DNA of 64,000 nucleotides from assembly GCA_003164045.1 (NCBI GenBank), contig PLRU01000034.1, positions 177,406-241,405 of the forward strand, in the 5' to 3' direction. Position 1 is the stretch's first letter; the number at the start of each line of letters is the position of its first letter. The notes under the pieces were generated by a model, which was not told where the DNA came from, did no database searches, and saw only the letters and a program-made list of their open reading frames with translations. Of the stretch, positions 8,565 through 15,756 are shown one piece after another. This stretch comes from Vulcanimicrobiota bacterium. GTDB taxonomy: Bacteria > Vulcanimicrobiota > Vulcanimicrobiia > Vulcanimicrobiales > Vulcanimicrobiaceae. The position numbers and the translations under genes were made by a program.

Positions 8565-9098
8565 TTGCAGCGCCTCATCACCGGAAACTTGCTCTCAGCT
8601 GTTCAGCAAGGCCGATTCCGCTATTATCGAATCGCGACGGCCGAGGTTGCGCAAATGCTCGAAGCGCTCATGATACTAGCGCCACGGGAAGCTGCGCCCG
8701 CACCGAAACGCCCCGGTATCGATCCGGCCCTGCGCCGCGGACGCATGTGCTACGACCATTTGGCCGGCGAACTCGGGGTAACTCTCACCGAAGCACTCGT
8801 TCGGCGCGGCGCACTCCTTCTCGGACCGGACGGCTGCACGCTCACCCCCGACGGCGCGACTTTTTTTGAGCGGTTTCAAATCGAAATAGAGCCCGCTAAC
8901 GCTCGCCGTCTCCTCTGTCGGCCATGTTTGGATTGGAGCGAGCGGCGCTTCCACCTCGCCGGCAGAGCTGGGGCTGCCTTGGCACGACATGCGATCGGCC
9001 GGGGTTGGGTTCGACGTAAACAGGGAACCCGTGCCGTTATCGTCACGGCCGTCGGAGCTACCGCATTGCACGAACTGTTTGATATCGGAATCGCGTAA
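8475..9098 (+). CDS. ArsR-type winged-helix transcriptional regulator with C-terminal extension
   Basis: MLNVLMDGRAWTGRELAHAAHVTPSTASEHLQRLITGNLLSAVQQGRFRYYRIA is an ArsR HTH. The in-frame upstream codons (8388..8474) still encode family-like sequence (..ARLVGDPSRAA) but contain no ATG/GTG/TTG. Confidence 0.75.
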   Translation: MLNVLMDGRAWTGRELAHAAHVTPSTASEHLQRLITGNLLSAVQQGRFRYYRIATAEVAQMLEALMILAPREAAPAPKRPGIDPALRRGRMCYDHLAGELGVTLTEALVRRGALLLGPDGCTLTPDGATFFERFQIEIEPANARRLLCRPCLDWSERRFHLAGRAGAALARHAIGRGWVRRKQGTRAVIVTAVGATALHELFDIGIA

Positions 9099-9193
9099 AG
9101 AAATCAGCCGTGAGGGCTAGACGTGGACGACCTCGTACTGGTAAAGCGTACCAGCTTATATTCAGGCCGGCGTACTAGCTCACTGGTATACGC

Positions 9194-9391
9194 TTGGCAC
9201 GTTCGACCGAGTCGGGACCTGGGTCAGCGGAGATCGAGGCGTTCGAAGCCCTCTTCGGGGGCGAACCGTTTGTCTATGGCCTCGAACCCAACCGTCATAC
9301 ACTAGAGACACTGTCCGGCTACTTAGTCGACCAATCACTCGCGAGCAGCCAAATCGCAATTGATGACGCGTTCGTCGACGTCACGAAGTGA
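9194..9391 (+). pseudogene. C-terminal stub of a 4,5-dihydroxyphthalate-decarboxylase-like (SBP-fold) gene
   Basis: ..FGGEPFVYGLEPNRHTLETLSGYLVDQSLASSQIAIDDAFVD aligns by eye with the C-terminus of the intact gene at 55842..56831 (..DDYWPYGFEANKHVLDTFTRYSFEQGLSKRKLDPAELFAP). About 270 N-terminal residues are absent. Confidence 0.5.
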
Positions 9392-9410
9392 TCCAGAGGA
9401 GGCAACCGTC

Positions 9411-9837
9411 ATGAGCAGCACCGATTTTGAGCGATTCTTCGCGGAGCGCGGTGCCGCGGCTGAAGCAAATGTCAATGGCAATCCGGCTCCACTCGACGCT
9501 GTAGTGACGAAAGAGGGTGATGCGACATATCACAGTCCTCGATGATACAGCGTGACGGGAGCTATTGAGGTCGCGGCTCATTATCGTGAGGATGCCGCGT
9601 CATTCGGATTGGGCGGCGAGACTCGCTTTGAGATCTTACAGAAATCAGTAGATCAGGACCTTTGCTTTCTGGACCGGATTCCAGATCGCGACTGTTCGGT
9701 TGCCGGACACAGACGAACCGAAGCAGTTGCGAATCCGGGTAACTGAAGTTTTTCGAAGGATCGACGGACGGTGGAAGATCGTCCATCGCCACGGACGTTC
9801 CGCACAGTTAGCGTTGCAACGCGCCTCAGATGGGTAG
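9411..9837 (+). pseudogene. NTF2/SnoaL-like (DUF4440-type) gene, disrupted
   Basis: MSSTDFERFFAERGAAAEANVNG...ATYHSPR is followed by an in-frame TGA at 9543, then ..VTGAIEVAAHYREDAASFGLGGETRFEILQKSVDQDL. A 1-nt frameshift near 9660 (T-run) leads to AFWTGFQIATVRLPDTDEPKQLRIRVTEVFRRIDGRWKIVHRH. Confidence 0.6.
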
Positions 9838-9846
9838 TATGGCACT

Positions 9847-10686
9847 ATGCAATTACGTGTCCTGACGCTGAACGTCTGGAACACCGAAGGCGACCCCGGT
9901 CGTCTGCCGGCCATCAACCGCGAAGTGCGTCGCCTCGATCCCGACGTCATCTCTTTCCAAGAAGTCGTGCAAACGACAGAGGTGCGGATGCTCGATACGC
10001 TTCTAGACGGCTTGAACATGCAACGAACCCATCAAGCCGACATGCAGAGTGAAGCGCCACCGTTTTCTGAACGTTATGGTGGTAGCGCCGTCGCGTCGCG
10101 CTGGCCCCACCGTGCAGTCGAGGTACTGGATCTGCGGGTTCCGGGAGCCGTCGACGTGCCTTGGGCGACGCTCGCCGTTGTGGTTCAAGTACCGAACGAG
10201 GGAGAGTTCCTGTTTATCGGTGCGACGGCAGCGTGGCGATTGAGTGCAGAGGCTGCGCGTGAACGCCAGGCGGTTGCCATAACCGATCTAGACGCGCGCC
10301 ATCGGTGCGATTTGCCGACTGTGATCGCCGGCGACTTTAACGCAAACCCGGACACCGCCAGCATCCGGTACCTTACCGGTCGCCAGTCGTTGGGCGGTCG
10401 AAGCGTACTCTATCACGATGCATGGGCGATCGCCGGCGAGGGCCCCGGTTACACGTGGACGGTGGAGAATCCTAAGGCGAGTGCAGTCGTAGATCAGATT
10501 GTGAAACAGCCCGCCAACCGTAGCCGCTTCGACTATGTGTTCGTTGGCTCGTGGGACGCGCACCCTAAAGCCCACGCACGCGTGCTGGACGCTAGACTCG
10601 CCTTCGATCAACCAATCGACGGCATCTGGGCCAGCGACCATTTCGGCGTCGTCGTAGATTTGGAGATCGGTCGGGACGATCTGTGA
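9847..10686 (+). CDS. endonuclease/exonuclease/phosphatase (EEP) family protein
   Basis: MQLRVLTLNVWNTEGDPGRLPAINREVRRLDPDVISFQEV...VIAGDFNANPDTASIRYL...ASDHFGVVVDL matches the canonical EEP motifs. Confidence 0.85.
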   Translation: MQLRVLTLNVWNTEGDPGRLPAINREVRRLDPDVISFQEVVQTTEVRMLDTLLDGLNMQRTHQADMQSEAPPFSERYGGSAVASRWPHRAVEVLDLRVPGAVDVPWATLAVVVQVPNEGEFLFIGATAAWRLSAEAARERQAVAITDLDARHRCDLPTVIAGDFNANPDTASIRYLTGRQSLGGRSVLYHDAWAIAGEGPGYTWTVENPKASAVVDQIVKQPANRSRFDYVFVGSWDAHPKAHARVLDARLAFDQPIDGIWASDHFGVVVDLEIGRDDL

Positions 10687-10860
10687 ACCATTGGCGGGTG
10701 CGTGTTTGGTAGGTGGACATTATCGAACGCGGGCACTTAATCGGCTCGAAAAAGCGGCGCCCATCGCCATACAGGCATTGATGTTGGATTCACCGACTCA
10801 GCTCATGTGACACTAGAGGTGACACAAGCACTCGAATCCGCGATGCCAGTCTAATGGCAC

Positions 10861-10885
10861 AAAGAAAAAAGCCCGTGGTCACGGG
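10861..10885 (-). terminator. rho-independent terminator directly 3' of tRNA-Thr (element-side copy)
   Basis: The minus strand reads GCCCGTG-ac-CACGGGC followed by TTTTTTCTTTG. Confidence 0.6.
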
Positions 10886-10939
10886 CCTGAAGCTGGAGCC
10901 GACGAGCGGATTTGAACCGCTGACCTGCTGATTACGAAT
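10880..10939. repeat. 60-bp direct repeat, right copy (inside and just 3' of the intact tRNA-Thr)
   Basis: Identical to 7801..7860. Confidence 0.95.
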
Positions 10940-10968
10940 CAGCTGCTCTACCAACTGAGCTACGTCGG
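10893..10968 (-). tRNA. tRNA-Thr (anticodon CGU), CCA encoded
   Basis: Folded by hand as GCCGACG-UA-GCUC-AGUUGGUA-GAGC-A-GCUGA-UUCGUAA-UCAGC-AGGUC-AGCGG-UUCAAAU-CCGCU-CGUCGGC-U-CCA. All four stems are perfect, the T-loop is UUCAAAU, and the anticodon is flanked by U33 and A37. Confidence 0.9.
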
Positions 10969-11020
10969 CACGGGGGCGACCCGCTTCGATTCGGATTCGC
11001 CCAACCCCGGCCCTGTTGGC

Positions 11021-11527
11021 TTAGGTCGCAGGGGCCTTCAGCTGTGCCAAGATTCCGGCAATATCGCCCATGCCCCAGTGCTCGGCGAGCTTGCCGTTCT
11101 GGACCCGGAAAATATCGCAGGATGTGAAGCGGAGCGGCCGCCCGGTTGGTGCGATGCCGAAGTACGTGCCGCCGTGCGTGCCGGTGTAGACGAAACTCGC
11201 GGCGACCTTGTCGGCGGTGATGACCTGCGCTTCGATCGTCACCTTGAGATCCGGCATCCCGGCGAGCCGGGCAGCGAAAAAGGCGACCGATCCGCGCTTG
11301 GGCGACATGGCGGGCGCGCCGGTCGGCGGCGGTCCGGTCGCGGCGCTCACCTGGTGGTTCGTGTAATCTTCCGCAAATAGATCGGCGAACGCGACCATAT
11401 CGTGGGCGCTGAGCGCGGCCGCGTAGTGGTCGAGGATCGATGCGGCGCCTTGCGCCTCGGCGGTAGCCGGAACGATGAGCGCACTTCCGGCCAGCGCGGC
11501 GGCGGTGATGAGCGAACGACGGTCCAT
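11021..11527 (-). CDS. SnoaL-like ester cyclase family protein with Tat-type signal
   Basis: MDRRSLITAAALAGSALIVPATAEAQ has a twin-Arg followed by a hydrophobic stretch. It is followed by ..YTNHQ...TGTHGGTYFGIAPTGRPLRFTSCDIFRVQNGKLAEHWGMGD, a SnoaL/ester-cyclase signature. Confidence 0.75.
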   Translation of the reverse strand: MDRRSLITAAALAGSALIVPATAEAQGAASILDHYAAALSAHDMVAFADLFAEDYTNHQVSAATGPPPTGAPAMSPKRGSVAFFAARLAGMPDLKVTIEAQVITADKVAASFVYTGTHGGTYFGIAPTGRPLRFTSCDIFRVQNGKLAEHWGMGDIAGILAQLKAPAT

Positions 11528-11585
11528 GGTGAACCTCCAATCTTCGGCGGAATGATTCGCCACGGTGGAGGCCGGATCAGTCCCG

Positions 11586-12161
11586 ATGATCCTGCGTTTT
11601 GCCACCGTGCGCGACGCTGAGGCGCTCGCGGCCATTTATGCGCCGATCGTCGAATCCACGATGATCTCGTTCGAGGTGCTTGCCCCGGACGTGGACGAGA
11701 TGCGCGCGCGCATCGGCACCCACCCGGCAAACAAACCGTGGATCGTCGCCGAATCGGACGGCACGGTTGCCGGCTACGCGTACGCCAGCTCATTTCGCGG
11801 GCGCGTCGCGTACCGGTTCAGCGCTGAAGTGACGGTCTACGTTGCCGAACATGCGCGGCGCGGCGGCGTCGGGCGCACGCTCTATCGCGCGCTGCTGCAA
11901 TTGCTCGCACGACAGGGCTATCGGCGCGCCTTCGCCGGTATCGCGCTACCAAACGATGCGAGCGTCGCACTGCATCGCGCCGTCGGTTTCACCGAAACGG
12001 GCGTTACCCACGCGGCCGGGTTCAAGTTCAACACGTGGCACGATGTTGCGTTTTACGAGTGCGCACTCGGGCCGCTCGACATCCCGGCGCACGACCCCAC
12101 CGCCGTCGACGAACTTCCAATGAGTGTCGTCAAGGCGGCATTCGCAATCGATCGGGCCTAA
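11586..12161 (+). CDS. GNAT N-acetyltransferase (phosphinothricin acetyltransferase-like)
   Basis: MILRFATVRDAEALAAIYAPIVESTMISFEV...YVAEHARRGGVGRTLYRALLQLLARQGYRRAFAGIALPNDASVALHRAVGF. Confidence 0.85.
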   Translation: MILRFATVRDAEALAAIYAPIVESTMISFEVLAPDVDEMRARIGTHPANKPWIVAESDGTVAGYAYASSFRGRVAYRFSAEVTVYVAEHARRGGVGRTLYRALLQLLARQGYRRAFAGIALPNDASVALHRAVGFTETGVTHAAGFKFNTWHDVAFYECALGPLDIPAHDPTAVDELPMSVVKAAFAIDRA

Positions 12162-12168
12162 GCCGCGA

Positions 12169-13128
12169 CTACGGCTTCCAGATCAGGTCGGTCGCGGGAA
12201 CGGGCTTGGAAATCAAGCCGTAACGCGACCCGAGGTTGAGCACCGGCGTGAGCATCGAGGGGTCCAACGTCGTTCCGTAGACAGCGCGCACGATTTTGCT
12301 CGCGATTTCCGCGGGCATTTTCGTATGATTGGACAGCATCACGGCGCTTTCGGGTTGATGCGCGTTCGCCCACACCGATGCTTGCCGCATGATGTCAGCG
12401 AATTTCTTTGCCGTGGCACCATTCTGCGCGAGCCAGCCTTCAGCCGCAAACCAGCCCAGCAGCATGAAGCGCGGCCCGACGCCGTCGAACGCGTCTCCGA
12501 TCACTTTGCCTACCTTGGTATTCGCCGTGCTGAACGGTTCGGTCGGAAAGATGATGTCCGCGCGCTTCTCTTCCAGCGCACCGCCCATTGCGGGAAACGG
12601 AACTTCGACAAACTTCACCGTGCTCGAATCACCTCCGAATTTATCGACGAAGCCTCGCGCCTCGATCTCCTGGAGATCTTTCAAACCATTGATCGCGATC
12701 AATTTTCCGTTCATGGCCGCGCCGGGCGTAATCGTTGAATCTTGCGCGACCATGACGACGTCCGTCGGCTTCTGCCCCGGATTCACCACGGCACCCGCCG
12801 CGACGAAGCGGAACGGGAGTCCCTTCAGACGCGCGTTGCCGATCGTCGCAACGTTCGAGATGCCGAAATCGATCGCGCCGCCCGCAACGGCCTGCGCCAG
12901 CACGGGTCCGCTCGCCATCACCTGAAATTCGACCGCGAAACCGGCCTTGGTGAACAACCCGAGGTCTTGCGCGTAAAACGCGTTGGCCGCGACGTCGACC
13001 GGGATGATACCGATCTTGAGGGGCGTCAGCGACTGGCTGCGCACGATCGCCGGGAACCCCGTGACGAGTGCCGGGGCTGCGACGGCACCGCCGAGGACGC
13101 GTAGGGCACGTGAACGGTTCATAGACAT
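12169..13128 (-). CDS. secreted NMT1/THI5-like ABC substrate-binding protein
   Basis: Signal-like MSMNRSRALRVLGGAVAAPALVTGFPAIVRSQS, then AFYAQDLGLFTKAGFAVEF..GAIDFGISN..FVEVPFPAMGGALEEKRADIIFPTEPF. Paralog of 6438, 17275 and 19120. Confidence 0.8.
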   Translation of the reverse strand: MSMNRSRALRVLGGAVAAPALVTGFPAIVRSQSLTPLKIGIIPVDVAANAFYAQDLGLFTKAGFAVEFQVMASGPVLAQAVAGGAIDFGISNVATIGNARLKGLPFRFVAAGAVVNPGQKPTDVVMVAQDSTITPGAAMNGKLIAINGLKDLQEIEARGFVDKFGGDSSTVKFVEVPFPAMGGALEEKRADIIFPTEPFSTANTKVGKVIGDAFDGVGPRFMLLGWFAAEGWLAQNGATAKKFADIMRQASVWANAHQPESAVMLSNHTKMPAEIASKIVRAVYGTTLDPSMLTPVLNLGSRYGLISKPVPATDLIWKP

Positions 13129-13140
13129 AACGGCTCCTCA

Positions 13141-14685
13141 TTGAGCAGCGCAGGCACGGGAATGATGGCCGACAACTTTATACGCATCATGAGCTTTGGA
13201 CCTCTCGGGGCGCAGACGACGCGACCGATCGTCATGGGGCGCAGCGGCATCGTGGTTGCCGGCCACCATCTCGCAGCGCAGGCGGGCCTGGGCATGCTGC
13301 AGTCGGGCGGTAACGCGATCGATGCGGCCATTGCGACCGCAGCGGCGCTCGCAATCCTCAAACCCGACGCGTGCGGTTTAGGCAGCGATCTCTTTTTGCT
13401 CTACAGCGAAGCAAGAACCGGCAAGACGTACGCGCTCAATGCCAGCGGGCCGGCACCGCTAGCCGCGACGCTCGCCGCGTACGGTCATGCAATTCCCGAA
13501 CATGGGCTGCGCGCATCGTCCGTTCCGGGCGCCGTTCACGGTTGGGAAAATGCAATCGCTCGATTCGGGCGCAAACCGCTCGCGGACGTCTTGGCGCCGG
13601 CGATCGCGCTGGCGGGCAACGGCATCCCGGTCTCCGCACTCTTCGCGACCACGCTCTCACGCAACGCCGCGCTCCTTCAGCCATTTCCGGCGACGACCGA
13701 GGTCTTCTTTCCACGCGGAACGGCACCGGCCGCCGGCGAGCTGCTCGTGCAAGGTGACGCCTGCCGCACGCTCGAGGCGATTGCCGCAGGCGGCGCGGCG
13801 GCCTTCTACGACGGTCCGTTTGCCAAGGCGCTCGATGCCTATGCGCGCGAAACGAATGCGCCCATGCGGGCGAGCGATTTGCGCGACTACCGCAGCGAAT
13901 GGCGCGAACCGGTACTCGGACGATTCCGCGACGTCGAACTCGTTGGCCAGCCGCCCGTGTCCGTCGGCATCGTCGTACTTGAAGCGCTAAGGCTGCTCGA
14001 AGCGTCACCGATCTCAACCTATGCCGACTCGAGCGCCGACTTCATTCACGCTCACGTCGAAGCGATGAAACGCGCGCGCACGAATGTCGAATCGCACTTG
14101 GCCGATCCGACCTTCGATGCGAACACGGCGAGCGATACCAGCTACACGGCCGTCATCGACGAGGAAGGCAACGCCGTCTCGCTGCTGCAGAGCATCTTTG
14201 CGATCTTCGGCAGCGCGGCCGTGATCCCGCATACCGGCGTCTTGATGAACAATCGGATGACCGGCTTCTCGCTCGATCCGAGATCACCGAACGCCCTCGC
14301 TCCCGGGAAGCGCACCGTCCATACGCTCAATCCGCTGATGGTCCGCAAGGACGGCCGGCTGCTGATGTGTCTGGGCACGCCCGGGGCGGCGGGCCAGGTG
14401 TACACCAACGTGCTGCTCGTCATGCGCCTGATCGAGCGCGGCTACAATCTGCAACGCGCCGTTGAAGCGCCGCGCTGGTTCGCCGGGCCGGACGGCGTGT
14501 TGCAGATCGAAGATTCCGTCGGCGATGAAACGCTGGAAGCCCTGGCATTCCGCGGACACAAGCTCCTGGTGCTGCCCCGCCTGCATCCATCCGTCGGCGG
14601 CGCGGGCATCGTTCGCATCAACGCGCACGGCGTTCGCGAGAGCGGGGCAGATCCACGGCGCGAATCGTACGCGGTGGCCTATTGA
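13141..14685 (+). CDS. gamma-glutamyltransferase family protein (no obvious signal peptide)
   Basis: RPIVMGRSGIVVAGHHLAAQAGLGMLQSGGNAIDAAIATAAAL..., a candidate nucleophile segment DTSYTAVIDEEGNAVSLLQS, and GTPGAAGQ. The true start may be ATG 13162 or 13189 rather than TTG 13141. Confidence 0.85.
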   Translation: MSSAGTGMMADNFIRIMSFGPLGAQTTRPIVMGRSGIVVAGHHLAAQAGLGMLQSGGNAIDAAIATAAALAILKPDACGLGSDLFLLYSEARTGKTYALNASGPAPLAATLAAYGHAIPEHGLRASSVPGAVHGWENAIARFGRKPLADVLAPAIALAGNGIPVSALFATTLSRNAALLQPFPATTEVFFPRGTAPAAGELLVQGDACRTLEAIAAGGAAAFYDGPFAKALDAYARETNAPMRASDLRDYRSEWREPVLGRFRDVELVGQPPVSVGIVVLEALRLLEASPISTYADSSADFIHAHVEAMKRARTNVESHLADPTFDANTASDTSYTAVIDEEGNAVSLLQSIFAIFGSAAVIPHTGVLMNNRMTGFSLDPRSPNALAPGKRTVHTLNPLMVRKDGRLLMCLGTPGAAGQVYTNVLLVMRLIERGYNLQRAVEAPRWFAGPDGVLQIEDSVGDETLEALAFRGHKLLVLPRLHPSVGGAGIVRINAHGVRESGADPRRESYAVAY

Positions 14686-15752
14686 TGGACATCGCGCAGG
14701 TCGACACGCCCGCCCTCTTGCTCGACCTCGACATGGTCGAACGAAATCTCGACGCGATGGCCGCGCAGTTCGACGGCGGCCGCGTCAAGCTGCGCCCGCA
14801 CGCAAAGACGCACAAGACCGCAACGCTCGCGCGCATGCAACTCGACCGCGGCGCCGTCGGCATCTGCTGCGCGAAGCTCGGCGAAGCGGAAGCCTTGGCC
14901 GACGGCGGCATCACGGGCGTTCTCGTAACCACCGAAATCGTCGGCGAAGAGAAGCTTCGCCGGCTCGTCGCACTCGTTCCGCGTGCGCAACCCGTGATCG
15001 TGCTCGACGACGAGCAGGCAGCACGGCACATTTCCGCCGCCGTCGCCGCCGCGGGAATCCAGATCGACGTTCTCATCGATATCGACGTTGGTCAGCATCG
15101 CACGGGAACGGCGCCGGGAGAGCCTGCCGTTGCGCTCGGCAAAGCGGTTGCCGCGTTACCCGGTCTCCGTTTACGCGGACTGCAAGGGTATGAGGGCCAC
15201 GTCCAGCACATCACCGGCACCGACGAGCGCCGCGCGGCTACGGCAGCGGCGATGTCGCTCCTATGCGCGACCGCCGACGCCTTTTCCGTCGCGGGCCTCG
15301 CGACCGATATCGTGACCACCGGCGGCACCGGGTCGGCGGTGTTTGCCGCCGGATTCGATGCGATCACGGACGTTCAGCCCGGATCGTACGTGGTGATGGA
15401 CTCCCAATATCGCGACGTGCAGGGCGTTCACTTCGAGAACGCATTGACCGTCCTCGCGACCGTTCTCAGCGTTCGCGACACGTGGGCGGTCGTTGATGCC
15501 GGCCGCAAATCGCTCAGCAACGACGGCGGCCCGCTGTGCGCGATCGGCGTCGATGCCGACTTCCGTCTCGCCGGCGACGAGCACGGAAAGCTGCTCTTTG
15601 CCGGCACACCCGCCATCGCACTCGGAGCAACCGTGCAGTTCGTGCCGAGCCACTGCGACACGACGATCAATTTGTACGACGAATACGTCGTTCACCGCAA
15701 CGGCACCGTCGTCGATCGCTGGCCGATCGTCGGCCGCGGCCGCACCCGCTAG
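14685..15752 (+). CDS. DSD1/D-threonine-aldolase-like PLP enzyme (alanine-racemase N-terminal fold)
   Basis: DTPALLLDLDMVERNLDAMA...VKLRPHAKTHKTATLARMQL contains the PLP-Lys motif HAKTHK. The C-terminal part reads ..VPSHCDTTINLYDEYVV. The ATG shares one nt with the GGT stop (TGATG). Confidence 0.8.
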   Translation: MDIAQVDTPALLLDLDMVERNLDAMAAQFDGGRVKLRPHAKTHKTATLARMQLDRGAVGICCAKLGEAEALADGGITGVLVTTEIVGEEKLRRLVALVPRAQPVIVLDDEQAARHISAAVAAAGIQIDVLIDIDVGQHRTGTAPGEPAVALGKAVAALPGLRLRGLQGYEGHVQHITGTDERRAATAAAMSLLCATADAFSVAGLATDIVTTGGTGSAVFAAGFDAITDVQPGSYVVMDSQYRDVQGVHFENALTVLATVLSVRDTWAVVDAGRKSLSNDGGPLCAIGVDADFRLAGDEHGKLLFAGTPAIALGATVQFVPSHCDTTINLYDEYVVHRNGTVVDRWPIVGRGRTR

Positions 15753-15756
15753 GGGC

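Larger units (their letters stand above)
7801..10939. mobile_element. tRNA-Thr-associated integrated element remnant, or non-autonomous (att-only) element, about 3.0 kb between the repeats
   Basis: A perfect 60-bp direct repeat made of the tRNA 3' half flanks the region. The interior looks less GC-rich and carries pseudogene debris, an ArsR-type regulator and an EEP nuclease/phosphatase. No integrase is present. Confidence 0.55.

Noticed and set aside
9100-9200. A short hairpin CTGGTA-aagcg-TACCAG and the nearby cactggtat repeat after the ArsR-type gene.
   Set aside because: The stem is only 6 bp with no T-run. This is not enough to call a terminator or a structured RNA.
9543-9545. The in-frame TGA in the NTF2-like gene could be a second selenocysteine codon, since the genome evidently decodes UGA as Sec in FdnG.
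   Set aside because: The TGA replaces what is normally a Gly-rich turn (HSPR-*-YSVTG), not a redox Cys. No SECIS-like hairpin with a GGUC loop follows it. The same gene also carries a frameshift about 115 nt downstream. A pseudogene is the simpler reading.
7861-10879. I looked for an integrase, excisionase or transposase (or recognisable remnants) inside the tRNA-Thr insertion and in its flanks.
   Set aside because: None of the six frames shows R..HxxR..Y-type tyrosine recombinase blocks, serine recombinase motifs or DDE motifs by eye. I therefore annotate no such gene. A sensitive HMM search is still needed.
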